Part shown: positions 20,115 to 30,073 of the stretch, one piece after another
Layout: every line of letters begins with the position of its first letter
How positions within the stretch are numbered: position 1 is the stretch's first letter
Source of the DNA: Bacilli bacterium
GTDB taxonomy: Bacteria; Bacillota_I; Bacilli_A; ML615J-28; CAG-313
Reading direction: 5' to 3'
Assembly (NCBI GenBank): GCA_035362935.1
Contig: DAOSEC010000009.1
Coordinates: forward strand, 9,501 to 73,500
DNA: 64,000 nt
Notes under the pieces: generated by a model
The model's input: only the letters and a program-made list of their open reading frames with translations
Database searches by the model: none
Told to the model about the DNA's origin: nothing
Program-made: the position numbers and the translations under genes

Positions 20115-20492
20115 ATGAGTAAAGTGTTAGAAAATGTATTGTATGCTTCTTCCCATGAGTGGGCAAGAATCGAAGGTGATGTTGCATATGTCGGAATTAG
20201 TGATTATGCACAACACGCTTTGGGATCTGTTGTATTTGTTGACTTGCCAAGTGTAGGGGATGAGTTTTCAGCGGAAGAAGAATTTGGTGCGGTTGAAAGT
20301 GTGAAAGCTGCTTCTGATTTAATGATGCCACTTAGTGGAGAAGTATTAGAAGTAAACGAAGCTGTGATTGATCAACCGGAATTGTTAAACAAAGATCCAT
20401 ATGCGAACTGGTTGATTAAAATTCAAATCAAAGATGCAAAAGAAACAAAAAATTTACTTAACGCAACTGATTACACAAAAATTTGTAAGTAA
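20115..20492 (+). CDS. gcvH: glycine cleavage system H protein
   Basis: lipoyl-lysine motif ESVKAASD, 125 aa. Confidence 0.9.
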   Translation: MSKVLENVLYASSHEWARIEGDVAYVGISDYAQHALGSVVFVDLPSVGDEFSAEEEFGAVESVKAASDLMMPLSGEVLEVNEAVIDQPELLNKDPYANWLIKIQIKDAKETKNLLNATDYTKICK

Positions 20493-20506
20493 AGGTGGAC
20501 ATACGC

Positions 20507-21838
20507 ATGTTTAAATACTTCCCACACACGGAACAAGACATAAAGGTCATGTTAGATAAAATCGGTGTGAAGACAATTGAGGAGTTATTTGCAGAAATTC
20601 CTGAATCGTTGCGTTGTGGATGTGATTATGATGTTCCAAGTTCGATGTCTGAAATTGAATTAAGACGTCACTTTGCATCGATCGCAAACAAAAACGCTGA
20701 TTTGGTTGTTTTTCGTGGCGCAGGATCTTATGATCACTACACACCATCGATTATTCCTGCACTGATTTCAAGAGAAGAGTTCTTAACCGCATATACTCCA
20801 TACCAACCAGAAATTGCTCAAGGAACGTTACAATATATTTTTGAGTTCCAAAGTATGATTACGGATTTAACCGGTATGGACGTAAGCAATGCTTCGATGT
20901 ATGATGGCCCAACGGCTACGGCTGAGGCTATGTTTATGGCGGTATCACAAACCAAACAAAATAAAATTTTAATTTCAAAAACAGTCAACCCAAACATTGC
21001 GAAGGTTGTTGAAACTTACGCAAAATACCGTGATATTAAACTAGAATATGTAAACCAAACCAATGGTGTTACCGATGCTGCTGATTTATCTGCGAAGATG
21101 ATAGGAGCAAGTGGTATTATCGTTCAAAATCCAAACTTCTTTGGAATCATTGAAGATTATACTGAGGTAAGCCAAATTGTTCATGATCAAAAAGGTATTT
21201 TGATTATGAGTATTGATCCAAGCACTCTATTAACCATTAAAACTCCAAAAGAGTTTGGTGCCGACATTGTGACAGGAGAATGTCAAAGTTTAGGTGTTCC
21301 TATGAGCTTTGGTGGAGCCTATGTTGGGTTTTTAGCAACCACTGAGAAGTTGATACGTAAGATGCCAGGACGCATCTGCGGGGTTACAAACGATGTTGAT
21401 GGGAAACGTGCATTTGTACTGACTCTTCAAGCAAGAGAACAACATATTCGCCGAGAAAAAGCAAATTCTAACATTTGTTCCAATCAATCTTTGATGGCTT
21501 TATGGGTTACAATATATATGTCAACGATGGGAAAATCAGGTTTAGTAGAGGTGAACCGCCAATCTAGCGCTGGAGCACACTATTTAGAACAACAACTGAT
21601 AAATACAAAACGATTTACAAAAGTATATCACCAACCTTTCTTAAAAGAATTTGTATTAAAAACAGACATTGACCCGAAAAAAATGGAGAAGGCGTTGTTA
21701 AAGCAAGGCATCTTAGGCGGATTACATTTAGGTGATATTGACAAAGCATATCAAGGTCATATATTATTCTGCGTGACAGAAAAGCGCTCTAAAGCTGAAA
21801 TCGACCAATTGGTTCAAGCAATCGAGGTGTTAGCATGA
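20507..21838 (+). CDS. gcvPA: glycine dehydrogenase (decarboxylating) subunit 1
   Basis: P-protein N-terminal half; start at ATG 20507 after aaaggtgga. Confidence 0.9.
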   Translation: MFKYFPHTEQDIKVMLDKIGVKTIEELFAEIPESLRCGCDYDVPSSMSEIELRRHFASIANKNADLVVFRGAGSYDHYTPSIIPALISREEFLTAYTPYQPEIAQGTLQYIFEFQSMITDLTGMDVSNASMYDGPTATAEAMFMAVSQTKQNKILISKTVNPNIAKVVETYAKYRDIKLEYVNQTNGVTDAADLSAKMIGASGIIVQNPNFFGIIEDYTEVSQIVHDQKGILIMSIDPSTLLTIKTPKEFGADIVTGECQSLGVPMSFGGAYVGFLATTEKLIRKMPGRICGVTNDVDGKRAFVLTLQAREQHIRREKANSNICSNQSLMALWVTIYMSTMGKSGLVEVNRQSSAGAHYLEQQLINTKRFTKVYHQPFLKEFVLKTDIDPKKMEKALLKQGILGGLHLGDIDKAYQGHILFCVTEKRSKAEIDQLVQAIEVLA

Positions 21839-23292
21839 AATATTATGATAAGTTAATATTTGAAATTTCCAAATCAGGTCGAGTAGGATATACCTTACCA
21901 AACAATGAATTTGAGTCGTTTGATTTAGAACAAGTAATTCCAATTCATTTAAGAAGAACCTTAGACAATCATATGCCTGAAGTGAGTGAACTCGATATCG
22001 TAAGACACTATTCAAATGTATCACGTAAAAACTTTGGGATTGAAAAGGGATTTTATCCGCTTGGTTCTTGTACAATGAAATACAATCCAAAAATCAATGA
22101 AGAACTTGCAGGACTGCCAAAATTACGCAACCTTCATCCATTGCAACCAGCATCTACTGTTCAAGGTGCACTTCAAATCTATTATGAAACACAAAAAATG
22201 TTATCATCCATTTCTGGACTCGCCGAGTTTTCATTAAACCCATTTGCGGGTGCACATGGAGAACTTGTTGGTCTTATGATCATGAAAGAATATCATCATG
22301 CAAGAAAAGATTTCAAACGTACCAAAGTAATCGTACCAGATAGTGCTCATGGAACCAATCCAGCAAGTGCGACTGTAGTTGGATTTGAATCGATTGAAAT
22401 TGCTTCAAACGAAGAAGGAACTGTAAATATTGAGGCTTTAAAAGCAGCGTTAAGCGATGAAATCGCTGGAATTATGCTTACCAACCCAAATACATTAGGA
22501 ATCTTTGAAAAAGATATTCTAGAAGTCGCTGAACTTGTTCATAGTTGTGGCGGACTCCTTTATTACGATGGAGCAAACCTGAATGCATTATTAGGAGCTG
22601 CTAGACCTGGGGATATGGGATTTGATATCATGCATATTAATCTTCACAAGACATTCTCAACGCCACATGGTGGAGGAGGTCCAGGAAGTGGACCAGTTGG
22701 TGTTTGTGAAAAGTTAGTTAAATATTTACCAAAACCAGTGGTAAAACTTGGTAAAAATGGATATTATTTGGATCAACCAAAAACATCAATAGGTCAAGTC
22801 ACAGGATTTTTAGGAAACTATAGTGTTATTGTTAAAGCATACGCCTTTATCTTAACACTTGGAAAAGAAAATCTAAATATGGTTGGAAAACTTGCAGTAT
22901 TAAATGCAAACTATATCAAAGAATCTTTGAAGGAAGATTACTATTTACCAATCAAGGGATTATGCAAACACGAAGTTGTGTTTGATGGACTTCTTGATAA
23001 ATCAACTGGAGTAACGACACTTGATGTTGCGAAACGACTGCTTGATTTTGACGTTCATCCACCAACAGTGTATTTCCCACTGTTATTTAGTCAATCAATT
23101 ATGATTGAACCGGTGGAAAACGAATCCTTAGATACAATTGATGAATTCATCACTGTGATGAAACAAATCGCCAAGGAAGCAAAATATGACCCAGATATGG
23201 TAAAACACGCACCATACAACACAACAGTACGTCGTTTGGATGAAGTTGGTGCCGCAAGAAAACCAAGAGTGAAGTACCGGGATTTGATATAA
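21835..23292 (+). CDS. gcvPB: glycine dehydrogenase (decarboxylating) subunit 2
   Basis: P-protein C-terminal PLP half (NLHKTFSTPHGGGGPG); overlaps gcvPA by 4 nt. Confidence 0.9.
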   Translation: MKYYDKLIFEISKSGRVGYTLPNNEFESFDLEQVIPIHLRRTLDNHMPEVSELDIVRHYSNVSRKNFGIEKGFYPLGSCTMKYNPKINEELAGLPKLRNLHPLQPASTVQGALQIYYETQKMLSSISGLAEFSLNPFAGAHGELVGLMIMKEYHHARKDFKRTKVIVPDSAHGTNPASATVVGFESIEIASNEEGTVNIEALKAALSDEIAGIMLTNPNTLGIFEKDILEVAELVHSCGGLLYYDGANLNALLGAARPGDMGFDIMHINLHKTFSTPHGGGGPGSGPVGVCEKLVKYLPKPVVKLGKNGYYLDQPKTSIGQVTGFLGNYSVIVKAYAFILTLGKENLNMVGKLAVLNANYIKESLKEDYYLPIKGLCKHEVVFDGLLDKSTGVTTLDVAKRLLDFDVHPPTVYFPLLFSQSIMIEPVENESLDTIDEFITVMKQIAKEAKYDPDMVKHAPYNTTVRRLDEVGAARKPRVKYRDLI

Positions 23293-23293
23293 T

Positions 23294-24640
23294 ATGGTAG
23301 ATCTGGTTATCATAGGAGCTGGGCCAGGTGGTTATGAAACTGCTTTGCTTGCTGCGAAACACAATTTTAAGGTTGTTTTGATTGAAAAAAATGAAGTTGG
23401 TGGAACTTGTTTACAAGCAGGATGCATTCCTACCAAAACATTATATCGAAATGCCGAAGTATTGGAACTAGTGAAAGAGTCACATCAGTTTGGAATTACA
23501 CATGAGAATATACAATTTGATTATGCGGCAGTGAAAAAACGAAAAGATGAAGTCATTTCCGAACTTACAACTGGAATAAAGTATTCACTTGAAAAAGCAA
23601 ATGTGGAACTGATTTATGGGGAAGGCTATATTCTAGACCCCCATCACGTCTATGTTGGAAAACGCAAGATTGAAACTAAGTATATTTTAATTGCAACAGG
23701 TTCCAAAGAATATCGTTTACCAATCTCTGGTATCGACTTGCCTAATGTTTTGACTTCAAAAGAGTTACTGGATATTGATCATGTTCCAAAACGCCTGACA
23801 ATCATTGGTGCAGGTTACATTGGTTGTGAGTTTGCTTCGATATTTTCAGCCTTTGGGTCAAAAGTGACATTGGTAGAATATATGGATTCGATTGTTCCTT
23901 TGCTTGATACTGAAGTATCAAAGCGTCTTCATGCTTTGATGAAACGCTCAGGTATCACAATTCATACCAAAACAAAGGTGTTAGGGATTGAACAAAGTGA
24001 TGAATCACTCGTTGTAAAAGCAGTATGCAAAGACAAGGAATTATTGTTACCTTCAGATACAGTATTGCTTGCAACCGGTAGACAGTCTGTGTTGGATATG
24101 GAATCGCTAAACGAAGCTAATATTTTACACGATTATAAAAAAATACTCGTAAATGAGCATTTTCAAACCAATATAGAATCTATTTATGCGATTGGAGATG
24201 TTGTGGGCGGAAAAATGTTAGCCCATGTTGCATCGTTTCAAGGACAAGTTGCACTTGCACATATGTTAGGTCAAAAACGAGATATCGATTTCAACTTTGT
24301 ACCATCTGCGATGTTCACATTTCCAGAAGTAGCATCAATTGGATATACCGAAGAAGAAGTCATCACAAAAAACATACCATATCATGTATGTAAATACTTA
24401 TTTCGTGCCAATGGAAAAGCAATGGCATTAAAAGAAACCGATGGGTTTGCGAAATTGATTGTGAATCATCAAGAACAAATTATTGGAGCGCACATCATTG
24501 GTCCACATGCATCAGATTTGATTCATGAGATTGGAGCATTGATGAAACTTGGTGTTGGTGTCAAGGCTTATTTGGATCTCATTCATGCTCATCCAACATT
24601 ATCAGAAGTTGTTCAAGAAGCAATTCGTACACTAGAATAA
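23294..24640 (+). CDS. lpdA: dihydrolipoyl dehydrogenase (L protein / E3)
   Basis: GAGPGGY FAD motif and redox-active GGTCLQAGCIPTK. Confidence 0.9.
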   Translation: MVDLVIIGAGPGGYETALLAAKHNFKVVLIEKNEVGGTCLQAGCIPTKTLYRNAEVLELVKESHQFGITHENIQFDYAAVKKRKDEVISELTTGIKYSLEKANVELIYGEGYILDPHHVYVGKRKIETKYILIATGSKEYRLPISGIDLPNVLTSKELLDIDHVPKRLTIIGAGYIGCEFASIFSAFGSKVTLVEYMDSIVPLLDTEVSKRLHALMKRSGITIHTKTKVLGIEQSDESLVVKAVCKDKELLLPSDTVLLATGRQSVLDMESLNEANILHDYKKILVNEHFQTNIESIYAIGDVVGGKMLAHVASFQGQVALAHMLGQKRDIDFNFVPSAMFTFPEVASIGYTEEEVITKNIPYHVCKYLFRANGKAMALKETDGFAKLIVNHQEQIIGAHIIGPHASDLIHEIGALMKLGVGVKAYLDLIHAHPTLSEVVQEAIRTLE

Positions 24641-24676
24641 AAAAAATGGTTAGGGTTTTCTCCCTAACCATTTTTT
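24639..24676. terminator. bidirectional rho-independent terminator
   Basis: aaaaaaatggttaggg-ttttct-ccctaaccatttttt between convergent operons. Confidence 0.8.
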
Positions 24677-24681
24677 ATTAT

Positions 24682-25332
24682 CTAGTCAATTTTTACTTGG
24701 TTTTTTACTTTTGCTTTTTTGTGTACTTCAAGTGATTTGGTATATTCTACCGTATCTATGTTACATCCTTCTCCGATATGAACGACATCACCAGATACTT
24801 TTTTGCATGTTGTGTATTCAAGCGAAATTTTAGTAGCTTCCATTAGTTCTACGGTTGCACGTTTGGATGATCCGAAACCAAATCCAAAATCTTTTGTTAT
24901 TGTGATTTCATCTCCGTAGACTTCTTTGAGCGTGCTATTTCCACTTAATTCGAGTTCAAGGGTATCCACAAGTAATTCTCCCTCAACATCAATTGCTCCA
25001 CTGATGTGAAGCTCTTTCGCTGAACATTTTCCGCCAACTTCCAATGACCCACTGAATTTAGCAACTTCTGTCACCAAATCTTTACCGATGTTCATTCCAC
25101 CAGATACACTAATTTCAGGAGCTTCTAAGCTTCCTAAGATCTTAGTCGCACCAGCTGCTTTAAATAATACAGCTTTAATCGATCCTTCCGACTTGAATGC
25201 ACCACTACTCTTAAATGTTGAACATTCAAAATCATTGGTGAATTTGGTTGCTCCTGCAACTTTAACGTCTTTGTATTGCTTTCCTGAGTGAACGTTTGCC
25301 CCGGAGGCTTTAATGCTTTCAAATTCTTCCAT
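24682..25332 (-). CDS. bactofilin-like polymer-forming cytoskeletal protein
   Basis: repetitive beta-helix GAxK/SG repeats (KVAGATKF...KSSGAFKS...KAAGATKI...). Confidence 0.65.
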   Translation of the reverse strand: MEEFESIKASGANVHSGKQYKDVKVAGATKFTNDFECSTFKSSGAFKSEGSIKAVLFKAAGATKILGSLEAPEISVSGGMNIGKDLVTEVAKFSGSLEVGGKCSAKELHISGAIDVEGELLVDTLELELSGNSTLKEVYGDEITITKDFGFGFGSSKRATVELMEATKISLEYTTCKKVSGDVVHIGEGCNIDTVEYTKSLEVHKKAKVKNQVKID

Positions 25333-25333
25333 T

Positions 25334-25954
25334 TTAATTCATTCCTTTCTCTTTGATTTCATTAATAATGGACTCAAACACATATGTTTTTTCAATGCTT
25401 AAATTAAGATCGATGATGGAATCTGGCTTGTGAACCATAAAGCGGTAATCTTCACCTTGTCGGATAAAATCCATAACATACTCGCTTAGATTTAAATTCT
25501 TTTCATTCACGGCTTTTTTAAGTTGACGCATTGCTTCAACCAAACATTCATTTGGAATTGTGATTTGTTTCTTAATTCTAGAAAATAGAAAAATTAACAC
25601 AATATCGGTGAATTTCGCAGTTGTTTCTCCCTGTAAGTAATCATTTAGAATACCCAAATCGATACCTTCAATTGATACGATTTCTCGCAACAAAAAGATG
25701 CGGTTATTGATTTCAGGATTTAAAATTTGGCTTAATTCTTCGAGTGAATATTTATCCTTTAAATCGATGATTTGATTAATGCGTGCCAAAATCTTATCCT
25801 TTGGGAAAAAGGTTTCTTGGCCACTTGGAACAGATTGCTTGATAAACCAATCTTCTGGTATCAGCATTTCACGCTTCCATCGATACAATTGACCGTAAGA
25901 AATGTTTGTTAAATCCAATAATTCTCGTTTTGAAATCATATTGATCCCTCCCAT
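25334..25954 (-). CDS. YhbD-like (DUF4004) HTH protein
   Basis: N-terminal MerR-like HTH ISKRELLDLTNISYGQLYRWKREMLIP; directly upstream of the bactofilin gene, as in B. subtilis yhbD-yhbE-yhbF. Confidence 0.5.
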   Translation of the reverse strand: MGGINMISKRELLDLTNISYGQLYRWKREMLIPEDWFIKQSVPSGQETFFPKDKILARINQIIDLKDKYSLEELSQILNPEINNRIFLLREIVSIEGIDLGILNDYLQGETTAKFTDIVLIFLFSRIKKQITIPNECLVEAMRQLKKAVNEKNLNLSEYVMDFIRQGEDYRFMVHKPDSIIDLNLSIEKTYVFESIINEIKEKGMN

Positions 25955-26037
25955 TGATAAAATATTGTTTTATCTTGGTTATATTATAACAAAACAATGT
26001 TACGTTGTCAACACTTTTATTTCAAAAATTTATAAAT

Positions 26038-26577
26038 TTATTTATTTTTTATTTGGTTTTTTGCTTGAAGCAATCCAATGATTGTTTTTGCATCGACAAT
26101 TTCGTTTGTTTCTACCATGTTTAGTGCAGTTTCTAGGGGTATTATTACTAATTCTAAAAACTCATCTTGATCTAGTTCTTGTTCGTTCATTATTAGATTG
26201 GTCGCTAAAAAGAGATGGATTACTTCATTTGAATACCCCGGTGTAGGATACATATTACCTAGATAGGTCATTGAATTTGGTAATGCGCCTGTTTCTTCTT
26301 TTAATTCACGATATGCACAACTGATTGGAAGCTCATTTGGGTTTAATTTACCTGCTGGAATCTCAAGCAATACTTTGGAAAATGGATAACGCCACTGCTT
26401 AACAAGCAACACCTCATGCTTGTCTGTTATCGCAACAATTCCAACTCCACCACTGTGTTCAATGATTTCTCTACTTGCCATATTTCCGTTTGGTAACATT
26501 GCTTCATCTACTCGCACCTTAAACACATTTCCATTAAATGGGTATTTTTGATTGATTGTCTTTTCTTCTAATTTCAT
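26038..26577 (-). CDS. nudF: ADP-ribose pyrophosphatase (Nudix)
   Basis: Nudix box PAGKLNPNELPISCAYRELKEETG, 179 aa. Confidence 0.8.
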   Translation of the reverse strand: MKLEEKTINQKYPFNGNVFKVRVDEAMLPNGNMASREIIEHSGGVGIVAITDKHEVLLVKQWRYPFSKVLLEIPAGKLNPNELPISCAYRELKEETGALPNSMTYLGNMYPTPGYSNEVIHLFLATNLIMNEQELDQDEFLELVIIPLETALNMVETNEIVDAKTIIGLLQAKNQIKNK

Positions 26578-26708
26578 AAATTCACATCCTTATTAAACAT
26601 AATATCAAATTATATGTGTTTTATCAATCTTTACAAGCATTTCCAACCCATTGATGAACTACATTTGATATAATAGAAACATCAAAGAAAGGAGTTTACA
26701 TTCTCAAA

Positions 26709-27545
26709 ATGAAGGAATCAATGGAAATAAAACACATCAATTTAAAAATATCGAATCTAAAGAAAACGATTCTATACTATACCGATATACTGGGATTTCG
26801 AGTAACAATCAAACATCCAAAAGAAGCGACGCTTTATATTGAAGATGGGAAACCTCTTATCACATTACACGAAATAGAAGGTGCGTTACCAAAATCAAAC
26901 ACAACAGGACTCTATCATTTCGCAATTTTATTGCCTACACGATCTGATTTGGGGAGTTTGTTAAGAAGATTTATCCAAAAAGGGTATCAAATAGATGGGG
27001 CAAGTGATCATTTGGTGAGCGAGGCACTCTATATGCATGACCCAGATGGAAATGGCATTGAAATCTATGTTGATAAGCCAAGATCTTCATGGAAGTTTGA
27101 GAATAATCAAGTGGTAATGGATACCTTACCGTTTCCGTTTGAAGAAATCCTAAGTTCAACACCAGATATTACCATGGAACAGTTACCGACAAGGACAAAA
27201 ATTGGTCACATTCATTTACATGTGAATCATCTTGTAGAAGCAACCACATATTATACAACTCAATTAAAACTTGATTTAATGCTTGATTATCATAGTGCAA
27301 GATTTTTATCTTATGATGGGTATCACCACCACATTGGAATCAACATTTGGAATGGTAGCAATGCAAGTTTACCAAAACCGAATCAAGTTGGACTAGACCA
27401 TGTCACAATTGAAGTAAAAAATGAATCATTGTATCTATCCATCAAAGAGGCACTAGAACAAACAAACAACATTGAGATTCAATCTAACAATATGTTTGTC
27501 ACTAAGGATCCATCTGGAAATACATTTCAATTTGTAAGAAAATGA
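26709..27545 (+). CDS. tandem VOC-domain metalloenzyme (glyoxalase/ring-cleaving-dioxygenase family, MhqA-like)
   Basis: two VOC repeats (LGFRVTIKH...; IGHIHLHVNHL...) in ~280 aa. Confidence 0.7.
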   Translation: MKESMEIKHINLKISNLKKTILYYTDILGFRVTIKHPKEATLYIEDGKPLITLHEIEGALPKSNTTGLYHFAILLPTRSDLGSLLRRFIQKGYQIDGASDHLVSEALYMHDPDGNGIEIYVDKPRSSWKFENNQVVMDTLPFPFEEILSSTPDITMEQLPTRTKIGHIHLHVNHLVEATTYYTTQLKLDLMLDYHSARFLSYDGYHHHIGINIWNGSNASLPKPNQVGLDHVTIEVKNESLYLSIKEALEQTNNIEIQSNNMFVTKDPSGNTFQFVRK

Positions 27546-27569
27546 AAACGCCTGTACAAGGCGTTTTTT
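27545..27569 (+). terminator. rho-independent terminator
   Basis: aaacgcc-tgtacaa-ggcgtttttt. Confidence 0.8.
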
Positions 27570-27628
27570 CGCTAATGACAAATGATACAATTTGTGATAT
27601 GATAGAAGCAAAGAAGGTTGATGCATTC

Positions 27629-30055
27629 ATGGATATTGATAGGTTAATCAAAGAGTTAACAATAGAAGAAAAAATTTCACTCCTTATGGGAAAAAATGTT
27701 TGGTGGACAAAAGACATCAAACGACTTGAAATTCCGAGTATTATGATGGCAGATGGTCCACATGGCATTCGAAAACAAAAAAATGAATCTGATAATTTAG
27801 GCCTCAATCAAGCGCATCTTGCGACTTGTTTTCCAACAGCTGCTACGGTTGCATGTAGTTTTGATCGTGACTTGGTCTATCAAATGGGTCAAGCCATTGC
27901 GAAGGAAGCTAGGAGTAGAGGGGTAAGTATTGTATTAGGACCAGGAATTAACATCAAGAGAAGTCCACTATGTGGAAGAAATTTTGAGTATTTTTCTGAA
28001 GATCCATACCTTACAGGTGAGTTAGCATACGCATTTATTCGAGGAGTCGAAGATCAAAAGATTGGAACTTCCTTAAAGCATTTCGCATTTAACAATCAAG
28101 AAACGCTTCGAATGACCTTGGCTAGCATCATTGACGAACGTGCAAAGCATGAAATTTATTTGAGTGGATTCAAACGTGCAGTTCAAGCAAAACCAGCCAC
28201 GATTATGACTTCATATAACAAAATAGAAACTGGTTATGTAGCGGAAGATAAAAGCCTACTTCAGGGGTTAGTACGTAATACTTGGGGATACCAAGGAGTT
28301 ATGATTTCAGATTGGGGAGCAGTTAGCAATCGTGTGAAGGCATTAAAAGCCAGTTTAGATATCGAAATGCCTTATAGTGGTGAAAATGACAATTCGGAAA
28401 TGTTAAAAGCGTATAAAGATGGTAGTTTGACAGAGGATGAGATCAATCAATCTGTACGACGAATATTAACTATGGTGGATACTTACCCAGTTGAGAAAGT
28501 AAAGACGCATCTATTTCATCATGAGTTAGCGTGTGAAATAGCGAAGAATTCTGCCGTGTTATTACAAAACACGGATCAATTATGCCCGCTCAACCCAAAC
28601 AAAGAGTTTTTGGTTGTTGGTGAGTTTGCGACAAAACCTCGCTTTCAAGGCGGGGGAAGTTCACATATTTCAACCAATCATATCGAATCATTTCTAGATG
28701 TATTAGAGGAAAAACAAGTCAAGTTTGAATACGCCGCAGGATATAACTTGAAAAAACCAGATGAAATTGATTTGGATTTGATCGAAGATGCAGCTATTAA
28801 AGCAAAGGGAAAAGATGCTGTTATTCTTTTTATTGGATTACCAGAATCATATGAATCCGAAGGGTTTGACCGAACTCACCTGTTCATTCCAAAATCACAT
28901 TCGATCTTGATTGGTCATCTTCAAGAAGTGAACCCGAATGTTGTCGTTGTATTACAATGTGGATCTCCAATCATAATGCCATGGAAAGAGAATGTTAAAT
29001 CAATACTGCATATGTATTTATCAGGAGAAGCAAGTAATCGTGCATGTTATGATCTTCTATTTGGACTTGTGAGTCCATCTGGAAAACTTGCTGAAACGTA
29101 TCCACTTGATTTAGAAGATGTTCCAAGTTATTCTTATTTTCCTGGTGGAAATAACAGCGTCCATTACAAAGAATCGATTTATGTGGGTTATCGCTATTAT
29201 GATACATTTGACGTGGATGTTACGTATCCATTTGGATATGGGTTATCTTATACAACATTTTCTTACAGTCATCTCACAGTATCCAAAAAAACTATAAACG
29301 CGGATGAAGTCGTTCATGTTTCGGTAAGAGTGAAGAATACAGGTTCAATGAAAGCAAAAGAAATAGTATTTTTGTTTGTTAAGAATGCACCGTCGGTGGT
29401 GTTTAAAGCAAAAAAGGAACTAAGAGAATTTGCGAAAGTAGAACTAGATCCGGGTGAGTCAAAAACAATTCATTTTACATTATCAAAAGAAGCATTTTCT
29501 TTTTATAACACGATGATTCATGAATTCCATGTCGAAACAGGGCTCTATCAAATTGAGATTGGTAAGAGTGTGACTGATATTCAGTTAACATCTAATATTA
29601 TGGTTACAAACGAAGAGAAAATTCCTCTGCCACATTATCAAACCAAAGCAAAATCATATTATACATTTAACCAAGATGAAATTTCAGATCAAGACTTTGA
29701 AGGACTATTGGGGTATACACCACCTCCATTAAACATAAAAAAAGTGCGTCCATTTACTCTTGATTCCACGTTAGATGATGTAAAACATACAATGTTTGGC
29801 AGATTACTTCACAAGGTTGTCAAAAAAGAGATGAAGAAAATATCTATTAATGCAGATGATTGGATGAATGAATTAATGGAAAAAGTTGCATCTGAACAAC
29901 CACTTCGGTCTCTTGTTTCTATGGGTGGAGGTGTAATCACGAAAGAAATGATGAATTCATTCATTGAAATGATAAATGCTCATTATGGAAAAGGTATCAA
30001 ACTGCTTATCAAAGCATCAAAATCAAAGCACAAAGATTATAGAAAAGAGCGCTAA
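27629..30055 (+). CDS. bglX: glycoside hydrolase family 3 beta-glucosidase
   Basis: GH3 N-domain with nucleophile motif GVMISDWGA and a C-terminal FnIII-like domain; start moved to ATG 27629 because the annotated 5' extension runs through the upstream terminator. Confidence 0.85.
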   Translation: MDIDRLIKELTIEEKISLLMGKNVWWTKDIKRLEIPSIMMADGPHGIRKQKNESDNLGLNQAHLATCFPTAATVACSFDRDLVYQMGQAIAKEARSRGVSIVLGPGINIKRSPLCGRNFEYFSEDPYLTGELAYAFIRGVEDQKIGTSLKHFAFNNQETLRMTLASIIDERAKHEIYLSGFKRAVQAKPATIMTSYNKIETGYVAEDKSLLQGLVRNTWGYQGVMISDWGAVSNRVKALKASLDIEMPYSGENDNSEMLKAYKDGSLTEDEINQSVRRILTMVDTYPVEKVKTHLFHHELACEIAKNSAVLLQNTDQLCPLNPNKEFLVVGEFATKPRFQGGGSSHISTNHIESFLDVLEEKQVKFEYAAGYNLKKPDEIDLDLIEDAAIKAKGKDAVILFIGLPESYESEGFDRTHLFIPKSHSILIGHLQEVNPNVVVVLQCGSPIIMPWKENVKSILHMYLSGEASNRACYDLLFGLVSPSGKLAETYPLDLEDVPSYSYFPGGNNSVHYKESIYVGYRYYDTFDVDVTYPFGYGLSYTTFSYSHLTVSKKTINADEVVHVSVRVKNTGSMKAKEIVFLFVKNAPSVVFKAKKELREFAKVELDPGESKTIHFTLSKEAFSFYNTMIHEFHVETGLYQIEIGKSVTDIQLTSNIMVTNEEKIPLPHYQTKAKSYYTFNQDEISDQDFEGLLGYTPPPLNIKKVRPFTLDSTLDDVKHTMFGRLLHKVVKKEMKKISINADDWMNELMEKVASEQPLRSLVSMGGGVITKEMMNSFIEMINAHYGKGIKLLIKASKSKHKDYRKER

Positions 30056-30073
30056 CTTGAGCGCTCTTTTTTT
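30041..30073. terminator. bidirectional rho-independent terminator
   Basis: aaagagcgc-taacttg-agcgctcttttttt. Confidence 0.75.

Noticed and set aside
27542-27628. Annotated N-terminal extension of the GH3 gene (MKTPVQGVFS...)
   Set aside because: The extension starts inside the upstream gene's stop and terminator hairpin (27545-27569). The conserved GH3 N-terminus begins at M 27629, which has a GAAGG RBS.
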